A stretch of DNA of 64,000 nt from NCBI RefSeq assembly GCF_009914755.1, contig NC_060927.1, one strand, 5' to 3'. The position numbers and the translations under genes were made by a program. The DNA is from the human T2T-CHM13v2.0 reference genome, Homo sapiens. Below are positions 14,395 to 32,273 of the stretch, in pieces (within the stretch, counting starts at the first letter, position 1; the number at the start of each line of letters is the position of its first letter). The notes below the pieces were generated by a model, which worked only from the letters and a program-made list of their open reading frames with translations, had not been told where the DNA came from and made no database searches.

Positions 14395-15177
14395 TAACTT
14401 TATGAACTTCCTCTGGCTTCCCACTAGCCCTCCCTTCAGACTCTAGGTAGGGCCTTCTGGCCCCACCTGCAGGCTCAGAATCCCTCCTTGCTTTGAGAAT
14501 AATCTTCTTCCAAGACAGGGAAAACTTAAATCTCAATAGGTCAGAGGATTTAGCACCCAGGCAACTATTCCTCTAGTCACATTCAACTTTGGCTTCTATT
14601 TTCAGTAAATGTCCTTCTGCTCTAGTTGGAAACTGAAATTCTCTCGCCAATGCCTCAGTTGTAGTGACTGAGCAGGGCCTTGATAACCTTACTTCTTAGT
14701 TTTGTCAGTATTCCAAAAGATTAAATCTGAATCTGGAATACATAGCTGGAGCCAGTCCACTGCCAGAACTTTTAACACTAACTGCCTGATCCCCATTCAT
14801 CTCCTCATTCCAATGAGCTCTGCATCTGGTTAGACGTTGATGAGACTGCCTGCCTCCAACTTTACAGATACCCTGGCCTCCTAAAGGAGTTAAATCTCCT
14901 TTACTTATATGCAGCTAGGCCTGCCCCAAAGAATGCGTCCCCTACTAGTCCAGTGCCCAGGCCCAAGGCTGCTTTGGCTAGGGCTACCAAGCTCTGAAGG
15001 AGGAATGGGCCACAGCAAACTGGACAAATACAAAACGTGCACAGAAGTAATTCTAGCTGCACGGCCTAGAAGGAAAAATGGGTTGGATCAATAGAGCTTA
15101 AAGATCAAAACACTACCCATTTCCTAAACCAGTCACCTTGACAGGGATTCTTACCAAGAGAGTTATCTCCATTTTAC

Positions 15178-15279
15178 CTTAACAACTGTAGCAGGAGAGA
15201 TCCCAAAAGGAGACCAGGGGTCTACAGCTTCCAATTTCATGTTTACAGAGAATGTATGAATGCCAATAACTTGTTTGTC
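15178..15279 (-). CDS. SFMBT1: SFMBT1 exon 8, DKQVIGIHTFSVNMKLEAVDPWSPFGISPATVVK (102 nt)
   Basis: MKLEAVD MBT motif; tttcag acceptor, AAG/gtaaaa donor. Confidence 0.96.
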
Positions 15280-15789
15280 CTGAAATGCAGACACCAAAAG
15301 GGGATGAAAACATAGTATCTGTATCAATCTTACACTCACATGTAGCTGTGATTAACAGAAATGTCCAGCTCTGGTAAATCCTATAGTTTTCTTCTTTTTT
15401 TTAAATGTGCAAAACTATCCAATATAATTTTCTACTCTGGAAAAAACTATCCAGGAAAAAACAAAAACACAGAAAGTGCTTCTACTCTCTACATTCAAAG
15501 ACAAGGAATATCTGGAGAAAAAAACAAATTTATTTTATCAGTTAAGACTATGTAGTTAAGGGTAAAAAAGAAAAGGTTCAAACTACTTTAGGAGAACTTG
15601 GGGAGAAAATCTAGACAACTGTTAGAAGAAAACAAGGATGATCATCAGTCCAGCCTTAACACACCCTCCTCCTTCAGAGACCATGGCATTCTTACCGACT
15701 GCAGGGGCTGCTTTACACTTTCACCTCCTGCGTTGCTTTACTCTACTGTAAGGGGAGCAATACCGGTCTATCACATGTTTTGTTTTTAC

Positions 15790-15884
15790 CTTAAATAAGT
15801 AAGATGGTAATGGCTCTTCCTCTTCCTCTTTCACTTTGGCCAAAATCTCTTGCCACTCAGCTTCATTTTTTAGATGTCTAATGG
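15790..15884 (-). CDS. SFMBT1: SFMBT1 exon 7, AIRHLKNEAEWQEILAKVKEEEEEPLPSYLFK (95 nt, MBT3 arm)
   Basis: ORF 15721..15906; ttaaag acceptor, AAG/gtaaaa donor. Confidence 0.96.
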
Positions 15885-16354
15885 CTTTAATAAAACATGA
15901 CAACATGCTTTAGATGATGAGAAACTTATACTTTTTACCTGTCCTGAAAGCATTCACATAAACAAAAACAAGTCACTTTCCACTGGAACTAGAAAAGGGT
16001 TCAAGCCCACTTATATCCCTTTACATTCAAAGAACTTGCACCTTAACTTCAGTACTTTGCTCTATGCAGAGCCTGGACAGCTTGGCTCTATGAAAATACC
16101 TACAGTAAGATCATAATGATTGTTGTAATCCATAAAATTGTAATATAACATCCAAATTGGGGCACATAATAATAAATGCAAATTGATTTAAACAGTAACT
16201 CTAGAAATACCAATATTATTGGTATTTCTTTTAATCAACAATTTGCTGTGACCCAATTTTCTATGTACCTAGCTAAATGCTCCCTAGATAATTTTTTATT
16301 TTATCTTGGTCAAGGGTCAGTATGGGTTGGCACAGTAGTCTATGAGGTATATCA

Positions 16355-16817
<463 letters not shown>

Positions 16818-16910
16818 TCATAATATGCAGAATATATTTTTTCAGCCTCATAGATATTAATAACATAGCATGTTAATGTCACAGAAGAAAAATGTCCTAT
16901 TACTCTTCAC

Positions 16911-17157
16911 CTGAAGGGGGCTGAAGCTCATATCCCTGTTGAGCAGCCCAACCAACGTGATGAAGAAATGGATCCAAGTAATACAACCAATGTTCATAAT
17001 TGTCAGAACTTTCAAGTCCTTCATAACGTAGCTTCAGCCTTCCTCCAATGTTTTCTACTACAGTAACAATCCAAGTGCTTAAAGAGTCCTGGAAAGCTTG
17101 ACATTCTAGTCTGGATCCTGGAGCAATGAGATCTAAAGGATTCCTCCCATTACGGAG
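16911..17157 (-). CDS. SFMBT1: SFMBT1 exon 6, LRNGRNPLDL...GYELQPPS (247 nt, MBT2 core)
   Basis: ORF 16900..17298; ctacag acceptor, CAG/gtgaag donor. Confidence 0.97.
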
Positions 17158-17464
17158 CTGTAGGATTAAAAAGTAAAACAACCCAGTAAGAGAAATTAAC
17201 ATAATATTTTTGAAAAGCCAACTTATAAATGATCTCAAACCAGCCTTTGTATTTTTTACCCATTCAAAAGCCAGTGACACTAAATTGTCTATCATCATAC
17301 AAGCCTCTTACAGTATTATTTCTAGGAGATATGAAAATGTTTATCTTAAAGAAAATCTACCTATAATGCAGTAAAATTACTCTAACACATTTCTATCTCT
17401 AGGACTATGTTATGTAGTTTCATTTAGTAAGAATTTTTAAAATATCATCATTCCTCATCTATTA

Positions 17465-17770
<306 letters not shown>

Positions 17771-18574
17771 TAAAAATTTAAAAAAAGCAAATATCAAAAT
17801 ACCATCATCATCATTAAAGAGAAAAAATCAAACAAAAGTCAAAGTCAAAGTCACCTGTAATCCCACCTCAAAGAAAGAACCACAAGAAACACTTTGGCAT
17901 ACACTCTTTTTCTCCATACAAGTCAATATCCACCTCTGCCAGTCTGTCTGTTCCTATTTTTTGAAAAATGGAAACACTGTATACTGTTTCTTAATTTGTT
18001 CTTCATTTAGTACATCATAGGTATCTTTCTATAATAGCACATATAACTCTTCCTCATGTTTTATAGTATTTTATGATATTTTACATTGTAAATGGGCAAT
18101 AATTTATCCAGTTACCTACAGATAGTATTTCAGTTGTTTCTGGTTTTTTATTGATGTCACAACAATGTTCAAATGAACAGAGTAAAAGCTTTTGATTACA
18201 GTGATGGAAAGGAAAAGTTTAACTCTCACTATCTAGAAGTATATTAAAAACTACAATAAAGAAAAGAAATTCATTATCAAGTTATCACTTAATCATTTCT
18301 AATACACAACCTTACATTTTTTTCCTAGTAAAAACTGCTCTGTGACACTTACATATCCAGATATGCAAAGGGACATATGAAAAAGTGGAGGAAAAGATTT
18401 AGAGCTAAAAGTCAGCATGGCAGAGTCATGGTCAAAAAAGAGTAGAATAGTTTATCAATTCATCCATTCATTAAAATGTTACTGAGTTTTTAGTATGTAT
18501 AAGGCCCTGGCTAAGCATAAATAAATGAGTCAGAGTATAAAAAATAAAAACCAGTTTGAAATAGAGTATTCACC

Positions 18575-19080
18575 AATCAAAATTTAAAAGGGAATGTGAA
18601 TGGATGACAGAAGTAAATGTAACCATAAAACTCTTAGAAAATACAGGAGTAAATCTTCTTGACCTTGGGTTAAGCAAAGCCTTCTTAGATATGATACCAA
18701 AAGCACAAGCAACAAAAGAAAAAAAGATAATCTGGATTATATCAAAATAAAAAATGTTTACGCTGCAAACAATAAAAAGACAAACCATAGAATGGGAAAA
18801 CATATTTTCAATATTTTGAAATGCATGTATATTTTGAATGCATAATACATTCAACTCAATAATAAAAAGACAACCCAATTTAAAAATGGGCAAAGAAATG
18901 TCTCCAAAAAGGATACAGAAATGGCCCATAAGCACAAAAAAACATACTCAACATCAACAGTCATTACAGAAATGTAAATCAAAATGAGATGCCACTTCAT
19001 ACCCACTTAGTCAGCTATAATAAAAAAGATAACAAGTGTTGGCAAGGATGTAGAGGGATGGGAACCTTCATACATTGCAT
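18575..19080 (+). mobile_element. L1M ORF2 3' fragment
   Basis: ataaaactcttagaaaa, accaaaagcacaagcaacaaaagaa, acaagtgttggcaaggatgt. Confidence 0.8.
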
Positions 19081-19660
19081 TTCACATATGCCACAAATAA
19101 TTTTACCAGTATGACAGAAAGTGACAAGATATAACTTAGAAATGTCATAACCAATAAATCCATTTCACAAAATCAAGAGATCTATATTCACTAACAAGCT
19201 TAAAGGCCACACTAATTTAAAAGGACTGCTGAAAAGCAGGTGGAAGGCAGAAGTGCAATAGATCCAATGTGTTCCAAGCAAAAAAAAAAAAAAAAAGGGT
19301 GGGTTGGGGGGACTCCAAGTCACCTGGTGTGGGAGTTACAAATGTCCACCCTCAAGCAGAATCGACCTCTGCTCAGTTTCAGAGTGAAAGCCCTCAGAAG
19401 GTCCTATTTTCCAACTGTATAAAAGAATCTGGGAAATTAGATTTTTTATGTGTTAGCAACTAATTCAGAAAATATTTAGGCACTAAGCAAGCCACCAGTT
19501 TGCAACCTCTGAGGGTAAGTTTAAACTTCCCAATACCTATGCCTATGTCTCTAATAACAACGTTTATTTTCTTCAGAGTGGTAAATAAGCAACCGATTTT
19601 AAGATTCTTTGAAAGATCAGATGGGTTTTCCACGCTGATGTGGCATGTAGTAATACTCAC

Positions 19661-19749
19661 GCCCTCTAGCAGCGGAACAGGAGGACTACATGCTCCTATC
19701 AGGGTCTGCCGCAGAAACTCATCCCAGTCAGATACTTTATCTCTGATGC
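19661..19749 (-). CDS. SFMBT1: SFMBT1 exon 5, GIRDKVSDWDEFLRQTLIGACSPPVPLLEG (89 nt, MBT2 arm)
   Basis: catctag acceptor, GGC/gtgagt donor; phase-consistent. Confidence 0.96.
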
Positions 19750-20136
19750 CTAGATGAGGGAATAAATGACTGATTACTCAAAATGCCAGCCACAGAATGC
19801 AGAGAAACCGAAATCAGTGGAGATGGTTTAAAGGTATTTCACATTTTAAGATCTAAGAGTCCAACATACTGCTTGAGAGCTTGAAAAGATAAAACAAAAT
19901 AAAACCAAAAATGCTTCTCTAGATGGAGCTACTTTCTGGTTAGTTTATTAAGAGTTGTACACAAAACAAAGAGAATAGTCCCAACTACCTATTCCTATAA
20001 TTTTACCCAGAAGGTACCTTACTTTATTTTTTATGATGGAAACTTTCAAACATACAAAAAGAAAAATGATCTAATGAATCCTAAGTGCCCTGGCGTCAAC
20101 AACTGTCACCTCATGGCCAATCTGTTTCATCTAAAC

Positions 20137-20358
20137 CAGGATTTACAAGCTACAACTCGAGGGCTTAATCCAGCCTGCTGTCTGTTTTTGTTAATAAAGT
20201 TTTACTGGAACATGGCCATACCCATTTGTTTACATATTGTCTGTGGCTGCTTTCACACTACAAAGGTAGGGTTTTAGCAGCTTTGACAGAGATTGTATGA
20301 CTAGTAAAGCCTAAAATATTTACTATCTTGCCCTTTACAGATAATTTGCCAATGCCTG
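20137..20358. mobile_element. MER58A hAT DNA transposon
   Basis: aataaagttttactggaaca, aaagcctaaaatatttactatc, cagg...cctg ends. Confidence 0.85.
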
Positions 20359-21741
20359 GCATATACCCTCACACTCCACCCATGCCCAACCAAGGATCAG
20401 TTAGAAGACAATTCCAGATAGCATATAATTTCATCCATATATATATTTTAGTACATATTTCTAAAAGAAAATATTTTCTTACAAAACCACAATAACAACA
20501 TCATACCTTTAAAAAATTAACAATAATTCCTTAATATCAAATATCCAGTCTATGTTCAAACTTCCCCAATTGTCTCATAAACAGTTTTGTCAATTTGTTT
20601 GATTACATCAGGACCCAAGTGAGACGCACGCATTGCAAATGTCTCCTTGATTTCTTTTCATCAGTAGGTTTCTTCTCCTTCCTCCCCTCCCGTGTCCCTA
20701 CTCTCTCTTTTTTTACTCCACATTTATTGAGACCTGGCCTTTGTTCTCTATGGAGTTTTTTAGAGTCTGATTTCATTGGTTACGTCCCTGTGGTGACCAG
20801 TTGTTCTACTGTTCCCTGTATTTGCCATAAATCAGTATTTAGAGCTAGAAGCTTGATCAAATTCAGGTTAGACTTTGCGGGGTGGTGAGGGTGAAAGAAT
20901 ACTTCACAAGTGGAATAAGTTATACCCTTCCCTCAAGAGCATGAAGAGGCACATATGGTCTGGCTGTCTCTCCCTTTGTGACATTAGCAGCTTTTAACGG
21001 TTACTACATAGATGCACTGATTCATTACGGGCTCAATGGTGATATTCTAATTGTATTATTCCTTCTTCATTTACTAACCAAAGAACTTCCATAAAGAAAA
21101 ATTTCTCTACATCAACTATTTGATTATGCTGAGGTAGATTTCATAGAAAGAAGGCTTTCTTTGAACATATACTTGATTGTCTTTACTCTTTCTCTATATT
21201 TACCACCCTTTAAAATAAACAGTTGATTGGCAGGCATCTTCCAAGAGTGGCTAATGAGGGTTTTGTTTCAAAATTTCACTATGAAGTCATACATTAAAAC
21301 AAATACATTTCAAGCCATTACAGCTGTTGTCCTTACGACACTCTATCTTCAACCAGAGGCAGTCTCTTCAGGTTGGCTCCTGAGACCTTTTGGCATGACA
21401 CTAGTAAAGAGCCACTGATAACTTTTTTGCTTTTTGGTATGACAAGATGTTCCAGGATCATCTAGGAAATTGCCTGACCTAGTGCAGGACTCAGCTACTT
21501 CTGCAAGAAGCCCCAGTTTATTTCCATGGAAATGGTATTTAGAGACCTGGGCATGCTCATTGTCACTGGGTTAGTGTTTCTCGGCCTTTTCAGTGTCTAG
21601 AGTTAATGCATTTCTTCTTCTTCTTACATCACAATACTTCCAATACAAATTCAGAAAGATAGTGCTTTCATTTAACTCATCCATCTAAGCTCTATTTCCT
21701 TTCTATAATGCTGAAAATCCTAGTTCTCAATTACACATTTC

Positions 21742-21987
21742 TTTTTTTTTTTTTTTTTGAGACAGAGTCTTGCTCTGTCCCAGGTTCACGCCATTCTCCT
21801 GCCTCAGCCTCCTGAGTAGCTGGGACTACAGGCGCCCGCCACCATGCTTGGCTAATTGTTTGTATTTTTAGCAGAGACGGGGTTTCACCATGTTAGCCAG
21901 GATGGTCTCGATCTCCTGACCTTGTGATCCGCCTGCCTCAGCCTCCCAAAGTGCTGGGATTACAGGGGTGAGCCACCACGCCCGGCC
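21742..21987 (-). mobile_element. AluY-like with internal deletion
   Basis: TSD acacatttc; about 50 nt of the right arm missing. Confidence 0.92.
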
Positions 21988-22357
21988 ACACATTTCATTC
22001 TTTATTTGCTTTTGCCTACCATATACAAACAACTATTTCAAAGTAACAACATTAAGTCTACCACCAACAGTAGGATTACTAAAAATAGGTTAAGATTTTT
22101 TCTTTGCATTTTTTTTTGTTATTGTTGTCCTTAGAATATATAACCCTAACTGGGGACATACTTTCATATTTTACTGTATTTTTAAGTCACTGAAATAGCT
22201 CCTCTTTGTGTGGTTATCCCATAAGCTCCATATACAGTTAGGTTTCCTTGATTTTTAGGAATTGCTTTCTAAACATTTAATTTTGCTTTCTAGTTGCATA
22301 AAATATTTACAAGGTTCAAAAGTCAAATCTACAAAATAAAATAAGGTACATTCATAA

Positions 22358-22727
<370 letters not shown>

Positions 22728-24135
22728 AACGATTTACTCTTTTATTTTGAAAAAAATAAGTTCACACACACACATTTGTATCATCATATCCTTGAGCTCT
22801 CCTCCTCCTCAAGTCTGTACACATTTTTCTTTTTTTCATACAATAACATATCCTGAGCCCACTCCTTGGTTGTATGCAGACCCTCCTCCTTTTTATTGCT
22901 GTCTATAGCTGCTTTTCTTACAAAGTATCCTTTGTCAGCTATCAAGACTGACAGCTGGTTTCTTTTCTACTGGCAGTTGCCTGTACATCTTTGTCCTTTT
23001 ATTTTTACTTTTTCGTAGTCTCTCTGCTTAGGTATGTCTCCTATACAGAGGACAAGAGTGGATTTTGCTTTATGAGGCAATCTGAATTTATTTGTTTACT
23101 TCTAATAAAAGAGTATGCCCAGTAACACTTATTGATATTATTAATATGCATGGCCTAAATTTCATATTGTTAAATGTTATATACTTCGTGTATATGTAGT
23201 TTTTTTTACTATGTGATCTATCCCGTTTACACATATAGTTTCTCTTTCTAAGTCTCTTTCGTCATATAGAAAGGTTCTTATTTTTGTTCTACGGATTATC
23301 TTTATATAACACTTTTAGTCCTCTCTATTTTTGGACTACTTTCTATTTTGTTGTTGTTGTTTCTATAAACAATACTGAAGTTAGCTATAAGCCCTTCGTT
23401 TTCTCTCCTTCAGCATCTCATTTCAGGTACTATCCTTTTACTCCCAGTTAACATTTAAATAGTTATATTACATGGCAATAAAGCTGTTTTTTTTTTTTAA
23501 GACAATTAGTGGGCTTATACAACTATTCACGTTTTCCCCATTCTTGTCCCATATTTTTTATAGTAATAATGTAACTACATTTTCAGAGCATACAGCTATT
23601 ATATACCACAGTGTCTCCCTTACAACCATCATTTAGTTTAAGTTCTATAGCTATACATATATTTAATGTTTCACTACCATTTCCCATGCTAATATTACCT
23701 CATTAATTTGCTCAGCTGAAGCTCATTCCCTAGTGGACTCCTTAGGAAGGGCTCATGGGAACAATATTACTTAGTTCTTACCTGTTCGTAACAGTTTGCA
23801 TATAGCCTTTAGATCTGAAGTTCAGTTTGGCTAGATATAAAATCCCTGTCTCATATTTTCTCTTTCATTACATTTCTTAAGTACATTACATTCCATTGTC
23901 TTTTGACATAAACCATTGTTAATAACTCTGATGAAAATCTTGTTTTCTTTCCTCTATAAGAAACTTGGTCTTTCTCCTAAATAGCCGTGGTATTATTTTT
24001 TGCTTTAAAGTTCAATACTTTCATTAGAACAATTTTGATGTAGCTGCCCTCATTTGATTTTCCTACATACATAGTAATCCCTTTCAGTATGTATTACAAG
24101 GCCTCTTTTATTTCTGTAAGGTTTACCTGAATTAT

Positions 24136-24441
<306 letters not shown>

Positions 24442-26146
24442 TGTTTACCTAAATTATAGTTTATAGTATTTTATTGTTTCATTGCTTCAGTTTTCTTCTT
24501 CAAGGACTTCTACTGCAGGTATGTTAAATCATTTTTACCTAGCTGTATAAGGTGTTTCTCAAGTCCTTTTTATTTCTTTGTTTGGTTTTTATTTTAAAAT
24601 TTCTTTCCTTTTTTTCATCTGTTTTTCTTCAGATAGTATCCATGGTGCTGACTCATTCCTGTGCTCATTTTAACTAAGTCTTCATTTTCAATATTCTTTT
24701 ATTTCCAGTTCTTGCCTAAGTTTTACTTTTTCTCTTTTCAAATCTTCCCTTTTTTAATCCTTTCATTTCTGAATGTTTATAAATTTTATTTATAATTTTT
24801 TTCACTGTTTCTATTATTGTTGCTACTTTTTTGTTACCTTATTTTGAAATGTTTTTATCTGACACAATGTTCACCTCTTCTGTGGTTGTTTCTACTCTTT
24901 TTTCACTGTAATAATCTTGTATGAGATTCAACTGAAATCCTTTTCTGTTGTTCACATTTAAACGAGATGCATTTTCCTACATATGTTAGGATGAGATGGT
25001 AGGCCAGGTGGCTTCATGTCTCTAGAGCTCTCTCTTCTATTGTTACTCACAAAGTAAAAAACCTTCACAAAGGAGAAGCCCACAGACATCCCAGGACCCT
25101 AACACTCAGATCTTCGTTTCCAAATACCATTCTTCACTAAAAGAAAAGACTTCTTGGGGAAATGGCTGATTTCAGGGCTGAGACAGCAAAATGCTTCTTG
25201 AGCCAAAAAATAAGAAACTGCTTAAAGAAAAATAAGGACATATTAAAAGGATACAGTAGCCCGCTTGAAGGGGTAACCACTCACCCAATCTAGGACAGTT
25301 TCAGGATCAAAAGAAATATAAAGTAAAGGATTATAACCCATTAAATAAGATCAGAATCATGAGTCTACACTGATAAACATACCTACATATACACATACAT
25401 ACATAAATGGAGGAAAGGGGGAAGCTCTTTCTATAGTATAGTAGAAAGCCAATTAAGAAATGTAGAAGAAATTTTTTAAAACACCATTTGGTAATTATTG
25501 AAAAAATAATTGTTTCAGATAAAATTTATAAATGGATACTAAGAATAGTGGGTTAAAGTGTGAAGAGTAATGGGATATTTTCATAATCTCCAAGTATCTT
25601 CCAACAAGACACTAACTAAAAAGCAAAAAATAATACCTTTACGATGAAAAAACTTGGCATATACGAACCTAATCAAGTGATGGAAGTTAATTTTACCTGT
25701 AATAAGGCAAATCAATAGCATGTATCTTCTGATATCATGCACTGGAAGGGCACAGCTTTTGCATTTTTCCTACCAAAAGTGAACAACCTGAATGTAAGGA
25801 AGCATCAGACAAACCCAAATTGTGGGAAATCTGACAGAATGACTGGCCTGTACTCTTCAAAAATGTCAAGTTCAAAAAAGAAAAACAATGGTTAAGAAAA
25901 TGAGAGAGACACGACAACTAAATGCAATGTGATTCTAGACAGGAATCTTGGACCAGGAAAAGAAATACAGCATAATGAACATTATTGGGACCAGGATAGA
26001 ATGAACATTGGGAAAACTGGCCTGTAACTTTCAAAATATCAAAGTCATGAAAGACGAAAAACCCTGAGGAACTGTTCCAGATTATAGGAAACTTATGAGA
26101 CATGACAACTGAATGTAACACATGATCTGGGATTTTTCTTTAATTA

Positions 26147-26755
<609 letters not shown>

Positions 26756-26804
26756 AACGAAATTATCTTAAATGTTATTGGAATAGCTGGTAAAAACTGA
26801 ATAA

Positions 26805-26935
26805 GGCCCAGGCATGATGCATGATGGCTCATGCCTGTGGTACTAGCTATTAGGGAGGCTGAGGCAGGATAATCACTTGAGCCCAGGAGTTGGAGACCAG
26901 CCTGGGTGATATAGCAAGACCCTGCCTCAAGAAAA
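26805..26935 (+). mobile_element. FLAM/Alu left monomer
   Basis: Single left arm. Confidence 0.8.
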
Positions 26936-27360
26936 TAGAAATGAAAATAAAAACAAAAATACTAGAAAGTGATATAAATATAAAAATAAGACCATGTTTA
27001 TTAAACAATGTTCCTTTTAAAAAACTGAGTACTATCTGTAAACAGTATTGTATCAAAGTTAATTTCCTCATTTTCATATTTTACTGTAACATGAATACCT
27101 TGTTTTTAGAAATACATACAGTATTTTTGAATAAAAGGGCATCATGTCTAAAACTGACTCTCATGTGGTTCATTAAAAGAACATGAGTAAAGCAGTGGAG
27201 ACAAGATAAAGTAAACATCATATATGTCACCATTAACAACATTTGGAAACACTTGGCAAAAAGTCTCCAATAATTTTCCATATGATTCTCATAACTTTTT
27301 GGTAAATCTGAAATTATATCAAAGTAAGAAGTTAAAAGAAAAATACCAAAAGTCTGGTAT

Positions 27361-27657
<297 letters not shown>

Positions 27658-28194
27658 ACTCACGTATTTTCTTAAATCCGGAGTCCTCTTATCTTTCCCC
27701 ACCTTTATCTCACCCTTCTCTTTCTTTTGCCTTTATTGTCTCTCTTCTGCTTAATTTGGTTTTTACTCCTTCTGGAATGGTGCTTGATTTAGTTCATTTA
27801 AGAGTTCCTAGTTACCAGATTGCTTGAGGGTATGAGGAGAGAGGACAATAAAAACAAAAGAAAATCAACAGCACATCAGTCTGGCCCAACGGGCTTAAAA
27901 ACAACCAGATCTACAAATCTCAAACTCAGAGAACCTCACAGTCTGAAAGGATGATATGCAGCTAGTGTTCCCTATGAGCATCATAAAAACCTGAGGCTTT
28001 ATGTAGCAAAGAAAATAATTTTAAAAGACAGGGAAATGTGTATTATTCCTTATAAATATTTTCACTCAAAATGCTAACCTAGAAAAGCTGGGTAAACCTA
28101 TATGCTCGAGAGACTTAAAACCTCAAGACTGTGGACAATCCAAATTTTCTTACAGTAAAATCACGTCACGTCTTGATAGGAAGTATTTCATTAC

Positions 28195-28435
28195 CTTCTG
28201 GGGCTTCAAGGGTCTTCTTATTCTGCTCACACCACCCAATGGGGTAGAGATCAGCCTTCCTGATGTCACACCAGAAATCTGCTCTCCGATCCTCCCCATA
28301 GCCATCATAGCGGAGAAGGAGCAACTGCTCACAGGTAGTGATAACGGTGGCAACCCAGTAGGTCTCAGGATCTGTTCTCACAGCCACCTCCAGCTTCATC
28401 CCAGGAGCAAATCCATTTTGCAAACGTGTGTCCAC
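28195..28435 (-). CDS. SFMBT1: SFMBT1 exon 4, [17 protein letters not shown]...KKTLEAPE (241 nt, MBT1 core)
   Basis: ORF 28166..28435; ttaag acceptor, AAG/gtaatg donor. Confidence 0.97.
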
Positions 28436-29351
28436 CTTAACAGGGAAATGTTATTAAGCACCAGACAAGTATCTTAAATGAGTATTTCTTTGACCAATGT
28501 TCTTTTTTAAGACTTACAATTCCGAAGCACTAAATGCAATAACATCTCAAGGAAAGCCTGAGAAATTCCAATTCTAACTTACAGAAGCAATCCAGATAAA
28601 ACAAACGAATAGCAATGCTGCTCTGTTCCATCTGACAATGAAGGAACTCAATATTTTCACCAAAGCAGTCTATTATGATTACAGAAAATGCTTCCTATTA
28701 AGTATATAAATTACTAGTCACCATTTTAATAGCTTTCAACACATTGTTTACAAGAATGATTTCTGCATCAACCAACAGGAAATTTATGATGCTAGAAAAG
28801 TGAGAAGACAAAAATAAACCATAATGATAATAAATTAGTACAATATGTACCATATACAGGGAGCCATATTTCCCAGTTTCCCTAAAAGTCTATGTTTCCA
28901 CCAATTACTCTTAAATAATAATTAATAACATCCCCCCTTTCCCTCTCAAAAGTGTTCTAATTTAGATGAAACATTATATGGTCACAAAGGTCTGGGTTAG
29001 CAAATCTGGAACTATTAATACTTTATGTGTATACTAACATTAAATAAATATACTATGAATAATAAGAGCCAGGTTTCTCACCATGGGAAAAAGAAGTGAC
29101 AAATAAGCAAAGGGAAGCCTGTGGTGTTGGACTGGAATCAGATGCATCTGAACAGGGACATGATGATGGATTGGTAGGCAGATAGAGACAGACAGACAGG
29201 CAGATAGATGGATGGATGGATGGATAAAGAAATGAACGAATAATAGAGATGGAGACAACCATACACATGTATTTCCCAACTCTGTGAATTGAGAGGGACT
29301 AGAAATAATGACATGTAGTCACAGTAAGCAAATATAGTGTACAAATTTTGA

Positions 29352-29945
<594 letters not shown>

Positions 29946-30377
29946 CAAATTTTGATTTCCAAATACCACCTTCCAATTAAAAAAAAAAAAAAAAAAAAAA
30001 AAAACAAGGACTTCGGGGAAAAAAGCTTATTCCGATTCTGGGATAGGAAAAATACAATTAGAGCCTGGAATATCTTGTGATGCCAGAAAGTAAGGAAATG
30101 ATCAAAAAATTATGGGAGTATGTTGAAGGAACATACAAGACAACTAGAAGGATCTCACTGGCTACATCTGGGACAATTTGAGCAATAAAATAAATAGTGA
30201 GAGTAATGCATTATAACTAATAGATTTAAATAAGTATCCATGAGTCCACACTGATATAAATTAGGGGAGAGGGGACAGATCTTCCTTAGAGTAGAAAACC
30301 AGTTAATAAATATTGAAAAAAAAAGATGGAAATAGAAAATCACTAGTAGACAAACATCACAGAAATAAACATTGCAA

Positions 30378-30688
30378 GAGCCGGGCGCGGTGGCTCACAT
30401 CTGTAATCCCAGTACTTTGGGAGGCCGAGGCAGGTGGATCACGAGGTCAGGAGATCGAGACCATCCTGGCTAACACAGTGAAACCGTCTCTACTAAAAAC
30501 ACAAAAAAAAATTAGCCAAGCATGGTGGCGGGCGCCTGTAGTCCCAGCTACTCAGGAGACAAAGGCAGGAGAATGGCATGAACCCGGGAGGCGGAGCTTG
30601 CAGTGAGCCGAGATCGCACCACGGCAGGCAATCCAGCCTGGGCAACAGAGCGAGACTCCATCTCAAAAAAAAAAAAAAAGAAAAAAAG
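30378..30688 (+). mobile_element. AluY-like
   Basis: TSD ataaacattgca. Confidence 0.93.
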
Positions 30689-31554
30689 AGATAAACATTG
30701 CAGGCAAGAATTATTGATGGACTCTAAAATACTATGATGAGAAACAGGATATCTGCAAAATCTCAAAGGTTCTCCCAGTAAGATTCTTATTAACTTCAAA
30801 GGGGAAAACAGCAACATTACAGTGAAAAAATCTGGCAGATGCCACGTAACTAACCAATCAAAGTTTGCATCAGTATCATGCAGCCTTGATTTCATACAAG
30901 TTAACTGCAATATCATTCCTACAACATTATTACCAAATCTGCACAAATTCAATCCAATCATGAGAAAAAAACAAATCCAAATTGAGGAATATTCCACAAA
31001 TAGTTGACATGCAATATAGGCTCATCAAAAGTGTCAAGTCCATAAAAGACAAAGAAAGAACGAGGAACTGTCATATACCAGAGAAGACTATGAAGACATG
31101 ACAAATAAATGCAATATGGCAACCACAGCCACTGGAAAATGCAAGTGGAATCCTGGAGACAGCCAGAGAGGGAAAGTCCCACATTCTGTGTAAAAAGTCC
31201 TCCCCCGCTAGTCACTACCTGTTCTATCACTATCCTAAACACTATGGTTATATTGACTATGTTTCCACACTATGTTAATGAAATTATGCGGTATGAATAT
31301 TTTTTGAGTGGAGCTTCTCTTGTCGAACATTACTTACGAGATTTATTCATGCTGTTGCATGTAACAGTAGCTTACTTCTTTTCACTACTGTGTAGTATTC
31401 CACTATATGAATATGTCACAATTTATTCATTCCACTTCTACTAGTTACTAGCTATTTGGGCAGTTCACAGTTTTGGGAAGCTACAAATAATGATGCCATA
31501 AACATTTTTGCTTGTCCCTTGGTACATACATACATGAATTTCTAAAATACATAA

Positions 31555-32273
<719 letters not shown>

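Noticed and set aside
29978-30004. Orphan long A run (also the T run at 1241-1263) as retro-insertions
   Set aside because: No flanking TSD found; more likely slippage expansions
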